Sequence record: OL960581
DNA: 64,000 nucleotides
Direction: 5' to 3' (one strand)
From: Escherichia phage vB_EcoM_SA20RB
The number at the start of each line of letters is the position of its first letter. The first letter of the stretch is position 1. The notes below the pieces were generated by a model. That model worked only from the letters and a program-made list of their open reading frames with translations, was not told the origin of the DNA and made no database searches. Position numbers and translations under genes: made by a program. Positions 18,701 through 27,426 of this stretch are shown here, in pieces.

Positions 18701-19225
18701 TGCGAGTACCGTCTTTAACCGTTCTTCAAACTTCCGAAGAGTATTTTGGCGTTCAGCTCTTTGCTTTTTGTAAGTTTCAATACGCTCTGAAATGAGAGTG
18801 TATCGTTCATTTACTGATTCTTTCATAAAATCAGGAATTTCACGAGAAGCTTTAATCTCGTCAAATTTATCAATAACAGCTTGCTCTTCAGCAATTAAGT
18901 TATCATACATTAAAATATCTTTCTTGATGAACTCAATATCTTCTTGAGTTACACGAGATAATTTAGATGCTTTATCCTTTTTGTACTGTTCGTTAGTATC
19001 ACGAGACCAGTGCAATGTACGATTTTTATTCGTATTTTTGTAAATTTCTACAATACCGATCTCATCAATAATAACGATCCAATTCCAACGGGATTTGTAA
19101 ATTTGTCCTCCATCAACAGTGATTTCACCTCCGATTGAGATGTCGTTAAAGAACTTGCTTTGTGCTTCAGATTTAAATTTACCATCGTTGTAATTTACCA
19201 AGTTGAAAATATCTTTAGCGTTCAT
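18698..19225 (-). CDS. Hypothetical protein
   Basis: ORF-track 175 aa; preceded by an early promoter and GGAGGA SD. Confidence 0.6.
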   Translation of the reverse strand: MNAKDIFNLVNYNDGKFKSEAQSKFFNDISIGGEITVDGGQIYKSRWNWIVIIDEIGIVEIYKNTNKNRTLHWSRDTNEQYKKDKASKLSRVTQEDIEFIKKDILMYDNLIAEEQAVIDKFDEIKASREIPDFMKESVNERYTLISERIETYKKQRAERQNTLRKFEERLKTVLA

Positions 19226-19253
19226 TTTGTGTTCCTCCGTAGTTGATAGTTGT

Positions 19254-19283
19254 ATAGTACCACAGAGGAACAGTCTTGTAAAC
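19254..19283 (-). promoter_or_regulatory. T4-type early promoter (-35 GTTTAC, -10 TACTAT) with conserved leader ACAACTATCAACTACGGAGGA
   Basis: Minus strand reads GTTTACaagactgttcctctgtggTACTATacaactatcaactacggaggaacacaaaATG. Confidence 0.6.
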
Positions 19284-19285
19284 CA

Positions 19286-19600
19286 CTAAAAGAAACTTCT
19301 TTCACAATTTTTTCCACTGAACCAGGCGCTCACTGCTTTCTTAGTCTCAGGAGCAGTGTTATCCATAAACCATTCAAAGGCAGCCTTTTTATGATTCTGG
19401 AGGGCTTCTCGGGCTTTAATCTGCTCACGGTCTATTAACACTAACATATGAGCCTTTCTTGTCACCATGGGCTTCTTATGATTTTTTGAATACTCCCAGT
19501 CATTTGTCCATCGCATTGTCGTTGCGAACTGAAATACTGCTTCTTTAATTTTAGTTTCGTAAATTTCACGAGCCTTTGAGTATAACATCATTACCTCCAT
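19286..19600 (-). CDS. Hypothetical protein
   Basis: ORF-track 104 aa. Confidence 0.5.
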   Translation of the reverse strand: MEVMMLYSKAREIYETKIKEAVFQFATTMRWTNDWEYSKNHKKPMVTRKAHMLVLIDREQIKAREALQNHKKAAFEWFMDNTAPETKKAVSAWFSGKNCERSFF

Positions 19601-19689
19601 TCACCAGTTTAATTCTAGTCATCTTTTTAATGGCAGTCCATATAATCTATTTCTGAACTGCCTTTTTGTCATAGAAGTCCTCTTATGAA

Positions 19690-20658
19690 TTATTTCAGAA
19701 GAGTAACCTCAGCAATTTCTTCCCAACCGTTTTTGTCGGTCATAATAAAGTCAGCAAGATAAAGAGCAGTACGCAGTGAAACATTGCGTAAACGGTTAAC
19801 ATTAACTTTCATCCATGATAATGCTTTATAAGTTTCTTCATCAGAAAGACCGCGCTTTTGCATCATGTCAGTTGAAAGAATAACATCTTCAACCCTGACC
19901 ATAATTTCTTCATTAGTATGAACACCCAAATCCAAATAAACCGAGCGGGACACTAATGCTTGTAAATGTGGAGCAAGTTTAGTACCACGGTCTAATTCGC
20001 GGTCAATGTCAACGTTTGTGATAAAAACAATCGTTCCTTTAAATTCAAACTCACGCTCAATGCCTTTTTCTTCTAAGTAAGAAGACGCAGTGCTCCAGCA
20101 GACTTTACGGGTCTCTCCGGTGTCCAGAGCGGCTTTTAGAAGATTAAGAATGTCCATATCAGAGAAAACATCCACATCATCAATCAAAAGGACAGAATTC
20201 TCTTCACGATTATTCCAAAGCTGCTCATAAAGACCAATACCAGAGATTTTACCATTAATGCTTTTATATTCAATGTATCCAATATCATTTGCTTTATTTA
20301 AAGCTTTATCTAAAGAATACGTTTTACCAATACCTGCTGCACCAGAGATAATCAATGAACGAATATTTCCATTAATAATACCATTCGTCATCATTCCCAT
20401 AACATTAAATCTTTTATTAATGCGGGTTTTCATATCTTCATACGATTCTTTAACTTCTTCAACCTTTACACCATCATATGAAATATCTGATTTGTAAACC
20501 CAAACACCGCGACGTTTACCGTCAATTTCAACAAAAACTTTACCATCTCCTTGTGCATCTACCGGAGCATTATCTGGGAACCATTCGCCTAAGAGCTCAA
20601 AAGTTCCAGAGATTTCTTTACCGAAGTAGATACCCTTATTGATAGTTACAGTTTTCAT
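19690..20658 (-). CDS. P-loop NTPase (Walker A GAAGIGKT, Walker B VLLIDDVD), nrdC.10 position
   Basis: ORF 19690..20670 begins at TTG; the first ATG at 20658 (MKTVTINKG) follows a GGAG SD; Walker motifs read directly from the translation. Confidence 0.65.
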   Translation of the reverse strand: MKTVTINKGIYFGKEISGTFELLGEWFPDNAPVDAQGDGKVFVEIDGKRRGVWVYKSDISYDGVKVEEVKESYEDMKTRINKRFNVMGMMTNGIINGNIRSLIISGAAGIGKTYSLDKALNKANDIGYIEYKSINGKISGIGLYEQLWNNREENSVLLIDDVDVFSDMDILNLLKAALDTGETRKVCWSTASSYLEEKGIEREFEFKGTIVFITNVDIDRELDRGTKLAPHLQALVSRSVYLDLGVHTNEEIMVRVEDVILSTDMMQKRGLSDEETYKALSWMKVNVNRLRNVSLRTALYLADFIMTDKNGWEEIAEVTLLK

Positions 20659-20692
20659 TTTATTCTCCAAATCCGTATCAGTTGATAGTTGT

Positions 20693-20722
20693 ATAGTACC
20701 ATAAAGCTTTATGCTTGTAAAC
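20693..20722 (-). promoter_or_regulatory. T4-type early promoter (-35 GTTTAC, -10 TACTAT) with conserved leader
   Basis: Minus strand reads aaaattttttcacaaaacgGTTTACaagcataaagctttatggTACTATacaactatcaac. Confidence 0.6.
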
Positions 20723-20742
20723 CGTTTTGTGAAAAAATTTTG

Positions 20743-20771
20743 AAATAAAAAAGGGAGCCCGAAGGCTCCCT
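20743..20771 (-). terminator. Rho-independent terminator (GGGAGCC-UUCG-GGCUCCC plus U6)
   Basis: Perfect stem, tetraloop, then TTTTTTATTT on the minus strand immediately 3' of the ORF ending at 20773. Confidence 0.7.
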
Positions 20772-20772
20772 A

Positions 20773-21783
20773 TCATTTATAATAACTTCGGTGGTTTTCA
20801 AGATAAACCCTCTCAAGGAAGTCATCCCAGAAACCCATGTCTACTTTTTGTTGCATACCGTTCTTAGAAGCTTCAATAGATGCTGCTTCTACTTGATCGA
20901 CCACATCTTCCAAAAACTCTTGAACAGTTTTAAATGGATGTTTACCAAGCTTCACGTCGAGAATAAATGGAGCGTCTTGGAGTGGATAGACTAAGTCACC
21001 AGTTTTGTAAATTTCCAATAGTTGGAGTCCACCACGACAAGCATGACTCAGAGCTTTCCAGTCAATACCCTCATTCGCTTCAGCCTTACGAGCACGTTCA
21101 CCATATTCAGCATCAAGTTTATTCAAAGACTGCTTAAGCTCAATAAGAGAAAGAGTTGTCTGATATTTACGACCCAACACAGTGTAGAACGTTTGTGGGC
21201 CTGTTTTCTCATGATTATGGAATACCCATTCACAGAATTCGTTCTCTGGAAGACGATGCTTAATATCTTCAACTTTAGTTCGACGCTGCTTAATGGAACC
21301 GTCTTCTTGGTAATCAACCCATTGCTCAGGGATTTGATTAACTACTTTCAATACATCACGCAATGCGGCCAAACGAGAACCCTTGACACCATATTTAGAA
21401 GCTTGCTTGCGGACATATCCTAAATAAGATTTCATGTTAGTTGTATAAAAACGAGAACGATTGTCTTGAATAAACTTCCACACATCAGGTAAATCAGATT
21501 TAACCACTAGTTCAGGTGGAGTGTGAAGCATATCTAATGCTACGGTTTCACCATCTGCTGCTAATTTAAAGAAATATTTAAGACTGTATAGTTCATGGTC
21601 AATATCATCTTTAGTGTTTTTAGATGATGTGTTGTTGGTATTTTTACTCATATGCTCTTTAACATTTCCGATAAGAATATCACGAGCAGGAGGAACAAAG
21701 ATTTCTTTAAAATCTACATCAGATTCTGGGGTAGAAGTTCCATAAAGATGACTACCAAAATAACTTTTCATTACTGTTTTCAT
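20773..21783 (-). CDS. Nucleotidyltransferase-fold protein (GS-X10-DVD signature), nrdC.11 position
   Basis: 336 aa; N-terminal FGSHLYGTSTPESDVDF matches the minimal nucleotidyltransferase pattern hG[GS]-x(9-13)-Dh[DE]h. Confidence 0.6.
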   Translation of the reverse strand: MKTVMKSYFGSHLYGTSTPESDVDFKEIFVPPARDILIGNVKEHMSKNTNNTSSKNTKDDIDHELYSLKYFFKLAADGETVALDMLHTPPELVVKSDLPDVWKFIQDNRSRFYTTNMKSYLGYVRKQASKYGVKGSRLAALRDVLKVVNQIPEQWVDYQEDGSIKQRRTKVEDIKHRLPENEFCEWVFHNHEKTGPQTFYTVLGRKYQTTLSLIELKQSLNKLDAEYGERARKAEANEGIDWKALSHACRGGLQLLEIYKTGDLVYPLQDAPFILDVKLGKHPFKTVQEFLEDVVDQVEAASIEASKNGMQQKVDMGFWDDFLERVYLENHRSYYK

Positions 21784-22226
21784 TTAACATCCTTAAATTC
21801 TATCATAGGGCAGATTTTAGATTTACTAGCTTTAAGGTATTCAACGATTACACTATTAGGATGTTCAATACCGTTTTCTTCGTCTTGTTGACGCTTCCAC
21901 GCTCTATCATACCTGACTCCTTCCCATAAACCTGAAATCTTAGCTACAATATATGCTATACCTACTGCAATAACGACAATCGTAGCAAATATCAGTACAC
22001 CAAATACGGTTCCGCCTGCGTGTAGAAGCCAGAATCCTGTAACACCAAATTGACTTAAAATAGCTTGTCCTACCACCCAACTACCTAATAGCCCCGATGT
22101 GCAAATAACACCGATAACTAAGAACGTCCACGCCATTTTCCAGAAATATTTACACAAAGAATTCGGACGCTGCCAGTAAAAGAAATCATGCATACGAACG
22201 TGCCAAGAGTTTTCATTAATAATCAT
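21780..22226 (-). CDS. Integral membrane protein
   Basis: 148 aa; long hydrophobic core; 4-nt overlap with the upstream gene. Confidence 0.55.
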   Translation of the reverse strand: MIINENSWHVRMHDFFYWQRPNSLCKYFWKMAWTFLVIGVICTSGLLGSWVVGQAILSQFGVTGFWLLHAGGTVFGVLIFATIVVIAVGIAYIVAKISGLWEGVRYDRAWKRQQDEENGIEHPNSVIVEYLKASKSKICPMIEFKDVK

Positions 22227-22228
22227 AA

Positions 22229-22750
22229 TTATCCTTTCATTGAAGGTGTAACAGTTGTTAAATACTTAATCATAGCTTCAGCTTCTGATTTTGATAATGA
22301 AATTTCTCCATTGTTTTGACGAATAGAAATAAAATCCGGATGACGGTCACCACCAGCTTTTAAAATACACATATAAGTATCAGTTTCATCTTCAATATCT
22401 GAAATGATTGAAGCAGTTCCGCATGAATGCGGTTTTTGATAAATCAATGCAGCTTTTCTTCCACCGTTTGACTGTTCATAAACTTTTAACACATCAAACA
22501 AATCACTTCTTTTATCAATAGCTAAGATGTTGTTTTCATCTTCAATGTTAAATCCTTCGGATACTTCATAAAGTGTCACCCATAAATCACCTATATCGAT
22601 AGTAGCATTTCCTTTTCCACGACTTTCAAGAGTATGACAAATTTTCTTGATTTCGTCATAACTCATTTTAATAATATCATCTCCTTGAATAAGGAAGATG
22701 TCATTTTTAAATTCAACACGAATTAAACCGCTTTCACTTGAAATAAACAT
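22229..22750 (-). CDS. Hypothetical protein, paralog pair member 1
   Basis: 173 aa; C-terminus SKSEAEAMIKYLTTVTPSM parallels TKDEAIALKTYLDSVIPTM of the next ORF. Confidence 0.55.
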   Translation of the reverse strand: MFISSESGLIRVEFKNDIFLIQGDDIIKMSYDEIKKICHTLESRGKGNATIDIGDLWVTLYEVSEGFNIEDENNILAIDKRSDLFDVLKVYEQSNGGRKAALIYQKPHSCGTASIISDIEDETDTYMCILKAGGDRHPDFISIRQNNGEISLSKSEAEAMIKYLTTVTPSMKG

Positions 22751-22756
22751 ATTTCC

Positions 22757-23314
22757 TCACTTTGAAATCATAGTTGGAATGACAGAATCAAGATAAGTCT
22801 TTAGCGCAATGGCTTCGTCTTTGGTAAATGTGACAATATGTGATCGAAAATCATCAATTTGACGAATAGTTAAGACATCTCCCTCTTCATAACATTTTGA
22901 TACATTTAAAAGAGTTTCATCATTCTGATTGCAATCGTTAGTAATAATAGCATTGCAATTTTTGAGCCATTTTAAACTATGTTTTCTTTCATTAGAATAA
23001 TAAAAATATTTAATCTTAGCTATAAAACTATCCCAATGAATAACTGATAAACACATTGACTCACTTTTAATATTAAATCCTGGGCATGAAGAATAAAAAT
23101 GAATTTTGTGCTCATCATTGATGCTTACTATTTTATCAGTATAAGGATATTCAATTTGGGTTAAATGAATGATTTCACTAGGCGTAAAATACAGCATATC
23201 GTCTTCTTGCGTCAAACGATACATGTTATTTACTTTTTCTATAGCCAATTCACCAAAAAGCGGACTAACTTCTAATACTAATCGTTTCATATTGATTCTC
23301 TTCGACTCATTCAC
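22757..23314 (-). CDS. Hypothetical protein, paralog pair member 2
   Basis: 185 aa; shared C-terminal motif with 22229..22750. Confidence 0.55.
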   Translation of the reverse strand: MNESKRINMKRLVLEVSPLFGELAIEKVNNMYRLTQEDDMLYFTPSEIIHLTQIEYPYTDKIVSINDEHKIHFYSSCPGFNIKSESMCLSVIHWDSFIAKIKYFYYSNERKHSLKWLKNCNAIITNDCNQNDETLLNVSKCYEEGDVLTIRQIDDFRSHIVTFTKDEAIALKTYLDSVIPTMISK

Positions 23315-23449
23315 AATTACATACTCCTTTGAATAATATCAATAATGTTGTTCACCAGATTATAAGTAAACATCGGGTGATAATATTGAATCATCACATA
23401 CACAACAAACAAAACTTTCATTCTCTTCTCCTTGGCAGTTGACAAGATT

Positions 23450-23479
23450 ACTATACCATAACCTTGCCAACTTGTAAAC
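23450..23479 (-). promoter_or_regulatory. T4-type early promoter (-35 GTTTAC, -10 TATAGT)
   Basis: Minus strand reads GTTTACaagttggcaaggttatggTATAGT. Confidence 0.5.
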
Positions 23480-23481
23480 CA

Positions 23482-23655
23482 TTAAATGACGTTTTCAATA
23501 AAATTCTGAAGCTTTGTGTGAGCATCAACCATGATTTTCATTTCTTCCTTTGCGAAAGCTGTACCTCTTTCACGAGAAGAATACTCATAGTCAGAAACTG
23601 CATTAGCATATTCTTCAATTAGCTTCATTAAAAACATCTGCTTTTCAGTTTTCAT
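23482..23655 (-). CDS. Small hypothetical protein (about 57 aa, below the ORF-track cut-off)
   Basis: Hand translation MKTEKQMFLMKLIEEYANAVSDYEY... Confidence 0.3.
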   Translation of the reverse strand: MKTEKQMFLMKLIEEYANAVSDYEYSSRERGTAFAKEEMKIMVDAHTKLQNFIENVI

Positions 23656-23839
23656 TATTCCACCTAATCATTTCAAGATATTGAACTAACTTAGCTTTAG
23701 ATTTATCCAAATCCTTTTTAGCTGCTTCTATACCATCGTATGAATATCCTTCACAATGCTCAACTGCCAATTGGTATGAATCTATTTCAATATCACGTGC
23801 TAATTTAATGATTTTTTCAAACTGTTCACGTGTTAGCAT
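23645..23839 (-). CDS. Hypothetical protein
   Basis: ORF-track 64 aa. Confidence 0.45.
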   Translation of the reverse strand: MLTREQFEKIIKLARDIEIDSYQLAVEHCEGYSYDGIEAAKKDLDKSKAKLVQYLEMIRWNNEN

Positions 23840-23841
23840 AC

Positions 23842-24045
23842 TTAAACTCTCGTATTATGATCGATAATTTCATCAAGAAACATATCTAAAGCTTCTACAG
23901 CATTATCAACTTTAGCTTCAAGTTCTTCAGCGCCTTTATTTGCAATGCCTGACGAAAACCAAGCAAAGTCACTAAGTTCCTCATCTGCTTTGCGAATTAA
24001 AGCTACCAATTCTTTAATTTTATCTGCTTGTTCGATACTAATCAT
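23842..24045 (-). CDS. Hypothetical protein (trimmed to the internal Met)
   Basis: ORF 23842..24081; start at 24045 removes the overlap with the upstream gene (TAATG junction). Confidence 0.4.
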   Translation of the reverse strand: MISIEQADKIKELVALIRKADEELSDFAWFSSGIANKGAEELEAKVDNAVEALDMFLDEIIDHNTRV

Positions 24046-24233
24046 TATTCCACCACATATGAAAGAGAGAATATTGCACACGCCATATGAGTTGCAGCTT
24101 CATCACACATATCATAACGTTTCTTAAGAAGTTTTTCAAGTTCTTCACTGGTAACTTCATCCATGTTGACGAAAAAATCACCATTAATGATGACGTAGAT
24201 ATTTCCTTCTTGATTAAGTGCTTCAATTTTCAT
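24045..24233 (-). CDS. Hypothetical protein (trimmed to the first ATG downstream of the promoter)
   Basis: ORF 24045..24278; the promoter at 24262-24291 lies inside the long ORF; ATG 24233 follows AAGAGGAGAA. Confidence 0.45.
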   Translation of the reverse strand: MKIEALNQEGNIYVIINGDFFVNMDEVTSEELEKLLKKRYDMCDEAATHMACAIFSLSYVVE

Positions 24234-24261
24234 GATGTTCTCCTCTTTATCTGATGGTTGT

Positions 24262-24291
24262 ATAGTATCACAGCTCAAATGGAAAGTAAAC
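24262..24291 (-). promoter_or_regulatory. T4-type early promoter (-35 GTTTAC, -10 TACTAT)
   Basis: Minus strand reads GTTTACtttccatttgagctgtgaTACTATacaaccatcagataaagaggagaac. Confidence 0.6.
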
Positions 24292-24297
24292 CGGTAA

Positions 24298-24325
24298 AAT
24301 GAAAAAAGTCTCCCGAAGGAGACTA
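24298..24325 (-). terminator. Rho-independent terminator (AGUCUCC-UUCG-GGAGACU plus U-run)
   Basis: Hairpin followed by TTTTTTCATTTT on the minus strand, 3' of the ORF ending at 24329. Confidence 0.65.
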
Positions 24326-24328
24326 ATG

Positions 24329-24715
24329 TTATTCGAGGGAAAGAAGATATTTACTTTGATAAAACATTCCAGTAATATCATCTATCGTGCTTTGAATGGC
24401 TGGAGGCATTTCTTTATAAATGCTGTTAGATTGGTCTAGTATGCGATCAATCATTTTAATTGTGTCGGTAGGAAGTTTACTAGCATCTGGAATTGAAGGT
24501 GTGTATTTTCTACCAGAATACCCCAAATATTGCTCACCAAATTTATCAATCAAATCTGGTAACTCAGAGAAAATAAAATCGTATGCTTTATGTCTAGCAT
24601 AACTTTTAGTTTCAAAATGCGCAGAATGAAAATAAGCTTGTGCAGCCATTAATAAACCTAAGTATTCATCTGCCTTTGAAGGTTTTCCACTTTGTGAAAA
24701 GTCGCTGAATTTCAT
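24329..24715 (-). CDS. Hypothetical protein (rI.-1 position)
   Basis: ORF-track 128 aa; 4-nt overlap with the rI stop. Confidence 0.55.
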   Translation of the reverse strand: MKFSDFSQSGKPSKADEYLGLLMAAQAYFHSAHFETKSYARHKAYDFIFSELPDLIDKFGEQYLGYSGRKYTPSIPDASKLPTDTIKMIDRILDQSNSIYKEMPPAIQSTIDDITGMFYQSKYLLSLE

Positions 24716-25005
24716 TCAGTCTCCAATTTAATGTTCATAATTCTAGCGTATGATTGTGCCATCTCCGCGCCTCGCTCTATACATTCAAAATCGGAAGAGC
24801 ACGGGTCATTTTTATAGGTCGTTCGCATAAAACTATAGAACTGTTCAGATGATTCTACGCTTTTATTTTCAAAAAGCATATAAACATGTCTAATGCCAGA
24901 TTCCATAAATTTATCAAAATGAGGATCGACATTTGCTTCAATCGGTGGAGATAAAGCAAACGCTAATCCTAGCATGGCAAATAGTGCCGTTGCTTTTAAG
25001 GCCAT
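24712..25005 (-). CDS. rI: Lysis inhibition regulator rI (membrane-anchored periplasmic protein)
   Basis: 97 aa; N-terminal signal-anchor MALKATALFAMLGLAFALS; length and position match T4 rI. Confidence 0.8.
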   Translation of the reverse strand: MALKATALFAMLGLAFALSPPIEANVDPHFDKFMESGIRHVYMLFENKSVESSEQFYSFMRTTYKNDPCSSDFECIERGAEMAQSYARIMNIKLETE

Positions 25006-25017
25006 AAAGGCCTCCTA

Positions 25018-25230
25018 TCATTTTTGTCCTGTATTTACTTTATGCCGATGCACGGCCTTAACTTTATCAAGGTATTTTTCAAAATTTCGCAATCTAGTAT
25101 AGTCTGCCGGAGATTGGTTGAGTGATACTTCTCGACGCAAAGCTGAAATGATATTTCCAACTTCCCTACGAATTTCATCTAATTGAAGAACAGTAAGATT
25201 GCGAAGTTGCTTTTCAGTTAATTGTAGCAT
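25018..25230 (-). CDS. Hypothetical protein (rI.1 position)
   Basis: ORF-track 70 aa. Confidence 0.5.
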
Positions 25231-25272
25231 ATATACCCCTTTAGTTAGATAAACCTATTTATAACTTTTGCA

Positions 25273-25854
25273 CTAACCGAGCTTTTTAGTTAATTCATTC
25301 CAATGTTTTCTGCACAAAGAAACATAAATTTCATCACCAATACAGATTTGATTACCTTCTTTAACTGGTGTTCCATCTTCCATTAATCGAGCTGTCATAA
25401 TAGCTTTTTTACCACAATGACAAACTGCTTTTAGTTCAATAAGTTTATCTGCAATCGCCAAAAGTTCTTTAGAACCTTCAAATAATTTTCCAGCGAAATC
25501 AGTCCTTAGTCCATAAGCCATAACAGGAACATTATATGTATCAACAATTCGGCTTAATTGATGCACCTGTTCAGTTTTTAAAAACTGAGCTTCATCTACA
25601 AATACGCAATGAATATCTTTTTGTGCTTCAGCCCATTTATAGAACTCAAAAATATCCATATCATCCGTAATAATATTCGCTTCCTGTTTAATTCCAATGC
25701 GAGAAACGACTTCACAAACAGAATCGCGAGTATCAATAGCAGGTTTAAGAACTAATACACCCATTCCGCGTTCTTTATAATTATGCGCAGCAGTTAAAAG
25801 AGAAGCAGATTTTCCAGCATTCATTGCTGCATAAGTAAAAATTAAACTCGCCAT
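25273..25854 (-). CDS. tk: Thymidine kinase
   Basis: 193 aa; P-loop MNAGKSASLL and C-terminal zinc-ribbon CxxC; length matches T4 Tk. Confidence 0.92.
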   Translation of the reverse strand: MASLIFTYAAMNAGKSASLLTAAHNYKERGMGVLVLKPAIDTRDSVCEVVSRIGIKQEANIITDDMDIFEFYKWAEAQKDIHCVFVDEAQFLKTEQVHQLSRIVDTYNVPVMAYGLRTDFAGKLFEGSKELLAIADKLIELKAVCHCGKKAIMTARLMEDGTPVKEGNQICIGDEIYVSLCRKHWNELTKKLG

Positions 25855-25863
25855 ATCACCTTC

Positions 25864-26049
25864 TTAAAGCGTATTCACATAAGCTATTAATTCGTTTTCT
25901 TTCTTATCAAACCGGTCAGCAAATTCTTCTTGCTGTTCGGGAGATAGCGGGCCGTATTCATCATAAAAGGTGTTTGCTTCTGTATGCTCATCTAGAAGTT
26001 CATGGATAAGCTCAAACAATTTATCTTTTTGTTCTTTACTCAGACTCAT
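25864..26049 (-). CDS. Hypothetical acidic protein (tk.1 position)
   Basis: ORF-track 61 aa. Confidence 0.5.
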   Translation of the reverse strand: MSLSKEQKDKLFELIHELLDEHTEANTFYDEYGPLSPEQQEEFADRFDKKENELIAYVNTL

Positions 26050-26215
26050 ATATTAATTTCCAGGAGTTTTAAAATAATTCGCTTTTGCTTAAATATTTCC
26101 ATAGTTAAATGGTCAGTATCTTTTTGACCGATTCCAATAGCAAAACCTTTATTAACAGCGAGTTCAATTAAATTATCAAGCTCACGTAACACTTCATATT
26201 GTAACTCAAAACTAT

Positions 26216-26443
26216 TCATTTTGGTTTACCTTCTTTAACGAAATCGGGATAAGGATAAAATCCTGAATAAAATCCTTCACCTTTATGATTGATGCATCCT
26301 TTATTAGAACAATAGCACCAATAGTCGAAATCACAAGCCATTTCATCATTACATAAAGCAAAAACAACCGGCCATTTACACTTTTCACAATGGGCATTTT
26401 TAAGAATACTAGTTTGGCTCATAACCATGTAACCTTTAAGCAA
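26216..26443 (-). CDS. Cys-rich small protein (putative zinc-binding), tk.2 position
   Basis: 75 aa with 9 Cys (CEKCKW...CNDEMACDFDYWCYCSNKGC). Confidence 0.5.
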   Translation of the reverse strand: MLKGYMVMSQTSILKNAHCEKCKWPVVFALCNDEMACDFDYWCYCSNKGCINHKGEGFYSGFYPYPDFVKEGKPK

Positions 26444-26631
26444 TATTCTTCTACATGTTGTTTACGACCTTTCCTATCAATAAAGGTATATTCAACAAAT
26501 GTTCCAATATAGTCTTTATCTACATCATGAGGACTATTAATTGGGCATTTAGTACGGCAAATGCGTTCCCATTGACGAATAATTTCTGCTTTGTTTTTAG
26601 GATCAAACGGATGCGGGTAATGTACTTTCAT
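26419..26631 (-). CDS. Hypothetical protein (tk.3 position)
   Basis: ORF-track 70 aa. Confidence 0.5.
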   Translation of the reverse strand: MKVHYPHPFDPKNKAEIIRQWERICRTKCPINSPHDVDKDYIGTFVEYTFIDRKGRKQHVEEYCLKVTWL

Positions 26632-27082
26632 AATCCACCACTATTAAATCAATATCAGGAGTAAACATGTCGATTAATTTAGAAACCTTATCCCAATCAC
26701 CGCCAGCAATACCACAACCTATGCGTGGAATGTAAATTACTGGTTTAAACAAAAGGGTCTCTGCCTGTAGATTTAATTCTATCATGCAGTTTACTAAAGC
26801 ACCATAATCAAGATTAGGACCCGGTTCGTATTGCGTATACAGGTTATAGCATATACCAAATCCCGTAGGACTATGTTTAAAAACAATAGACATATCGCCT
26901 AATTTATCGCGAGAACCGTACTCGGTAGTAGTTTTATCTATTTCTAAAATTTTAGGATAGGCCCTCGCTAATTGACCCGCTACACCTGAACCCATAGTAT
27001 GAAAGCAGTTGCACCCGTGCGCAATAATATTACCTTGAAGAAATAGGGCGACAATATCGCCCTTGATATATTTTACAATCAT
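26603..27082 (-). CDS. Macro-domain-like protein (putative ADP-ribose binding/hydrolase), tk.4 position
   Basis: 159 aa; HGCNCFHTMGSGVAGQL and IPRIGCGIAGGDWDKV resemble macro-domain glycine-rich loops. Confidence 0.55.
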   Translation of the reverse strand: MIVKYIKGDIVALFLQGNIIAHGCNCFHTMGSGVAGQLARAYPKILEIDKTTTEYGSRDKLGDMSIVFKHSPTGFGICYNLYTQYEPGPNLDYGALVNCMIELNLQAETLLFKPVIYIPRIGCGIAGGDWDKVSKLIDMFTPDIDLIVVDYESTLPASV

Positions 27083-27426
27083 CTAGTACTCAATCCTCGA
27101 TTATAAGAATCTACCAAACGGTCAACCATTGAATGACAAGCGGCTTTATCTTTCTCCTCCGCAACTGAACATTCTAAGGTATTCCACTTTTTAGCATATC
27201 GTTTTAACAATGTATCATTTTTATATCTACTTGATTTATCTCTTTCTCCGTCTTTATATGCATATATTAATTTCTGCGCAAATTCAGCTTGGCATGCTTT
27301 ATTTTTCCCACAATAATCTGCCGCAGTGCGATTTACATATTCTCTAATTTCAGTATATGATGTATCTGCTGACGCAGAAGCAGAAAATGAAATTAATCCT
27401 ATACATAAAACCAAAATTTTAGTCAT
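27079..27426 (-). CDS. Secreted small protein in the T4 vs position (115 aa as T4 Vs); function uncertain
   Basis: N-terminal signal peptide MTKILVLCIGLISFSASASA; synteny only. Confidence 0.45.
   Translation of the reverse strand: MTKILVLCIGLISFSASASADTSYTEIREYVNRTAADYCGKNKACQAEFAQKLIYAYKDGERDKSSRYKNDTLLKRYAKKWNTLECSVAEEKDKAACHSMVDRLVDSYNRGLSTR

Noticed and set aside
26212-26397. Alternative-frame ORF 26212-26397 overlapping the Cys-rich ORF 26216-26443
   Set aside because: Nearly complete overlap; the Cys-rich frame has the more protein-like composition.
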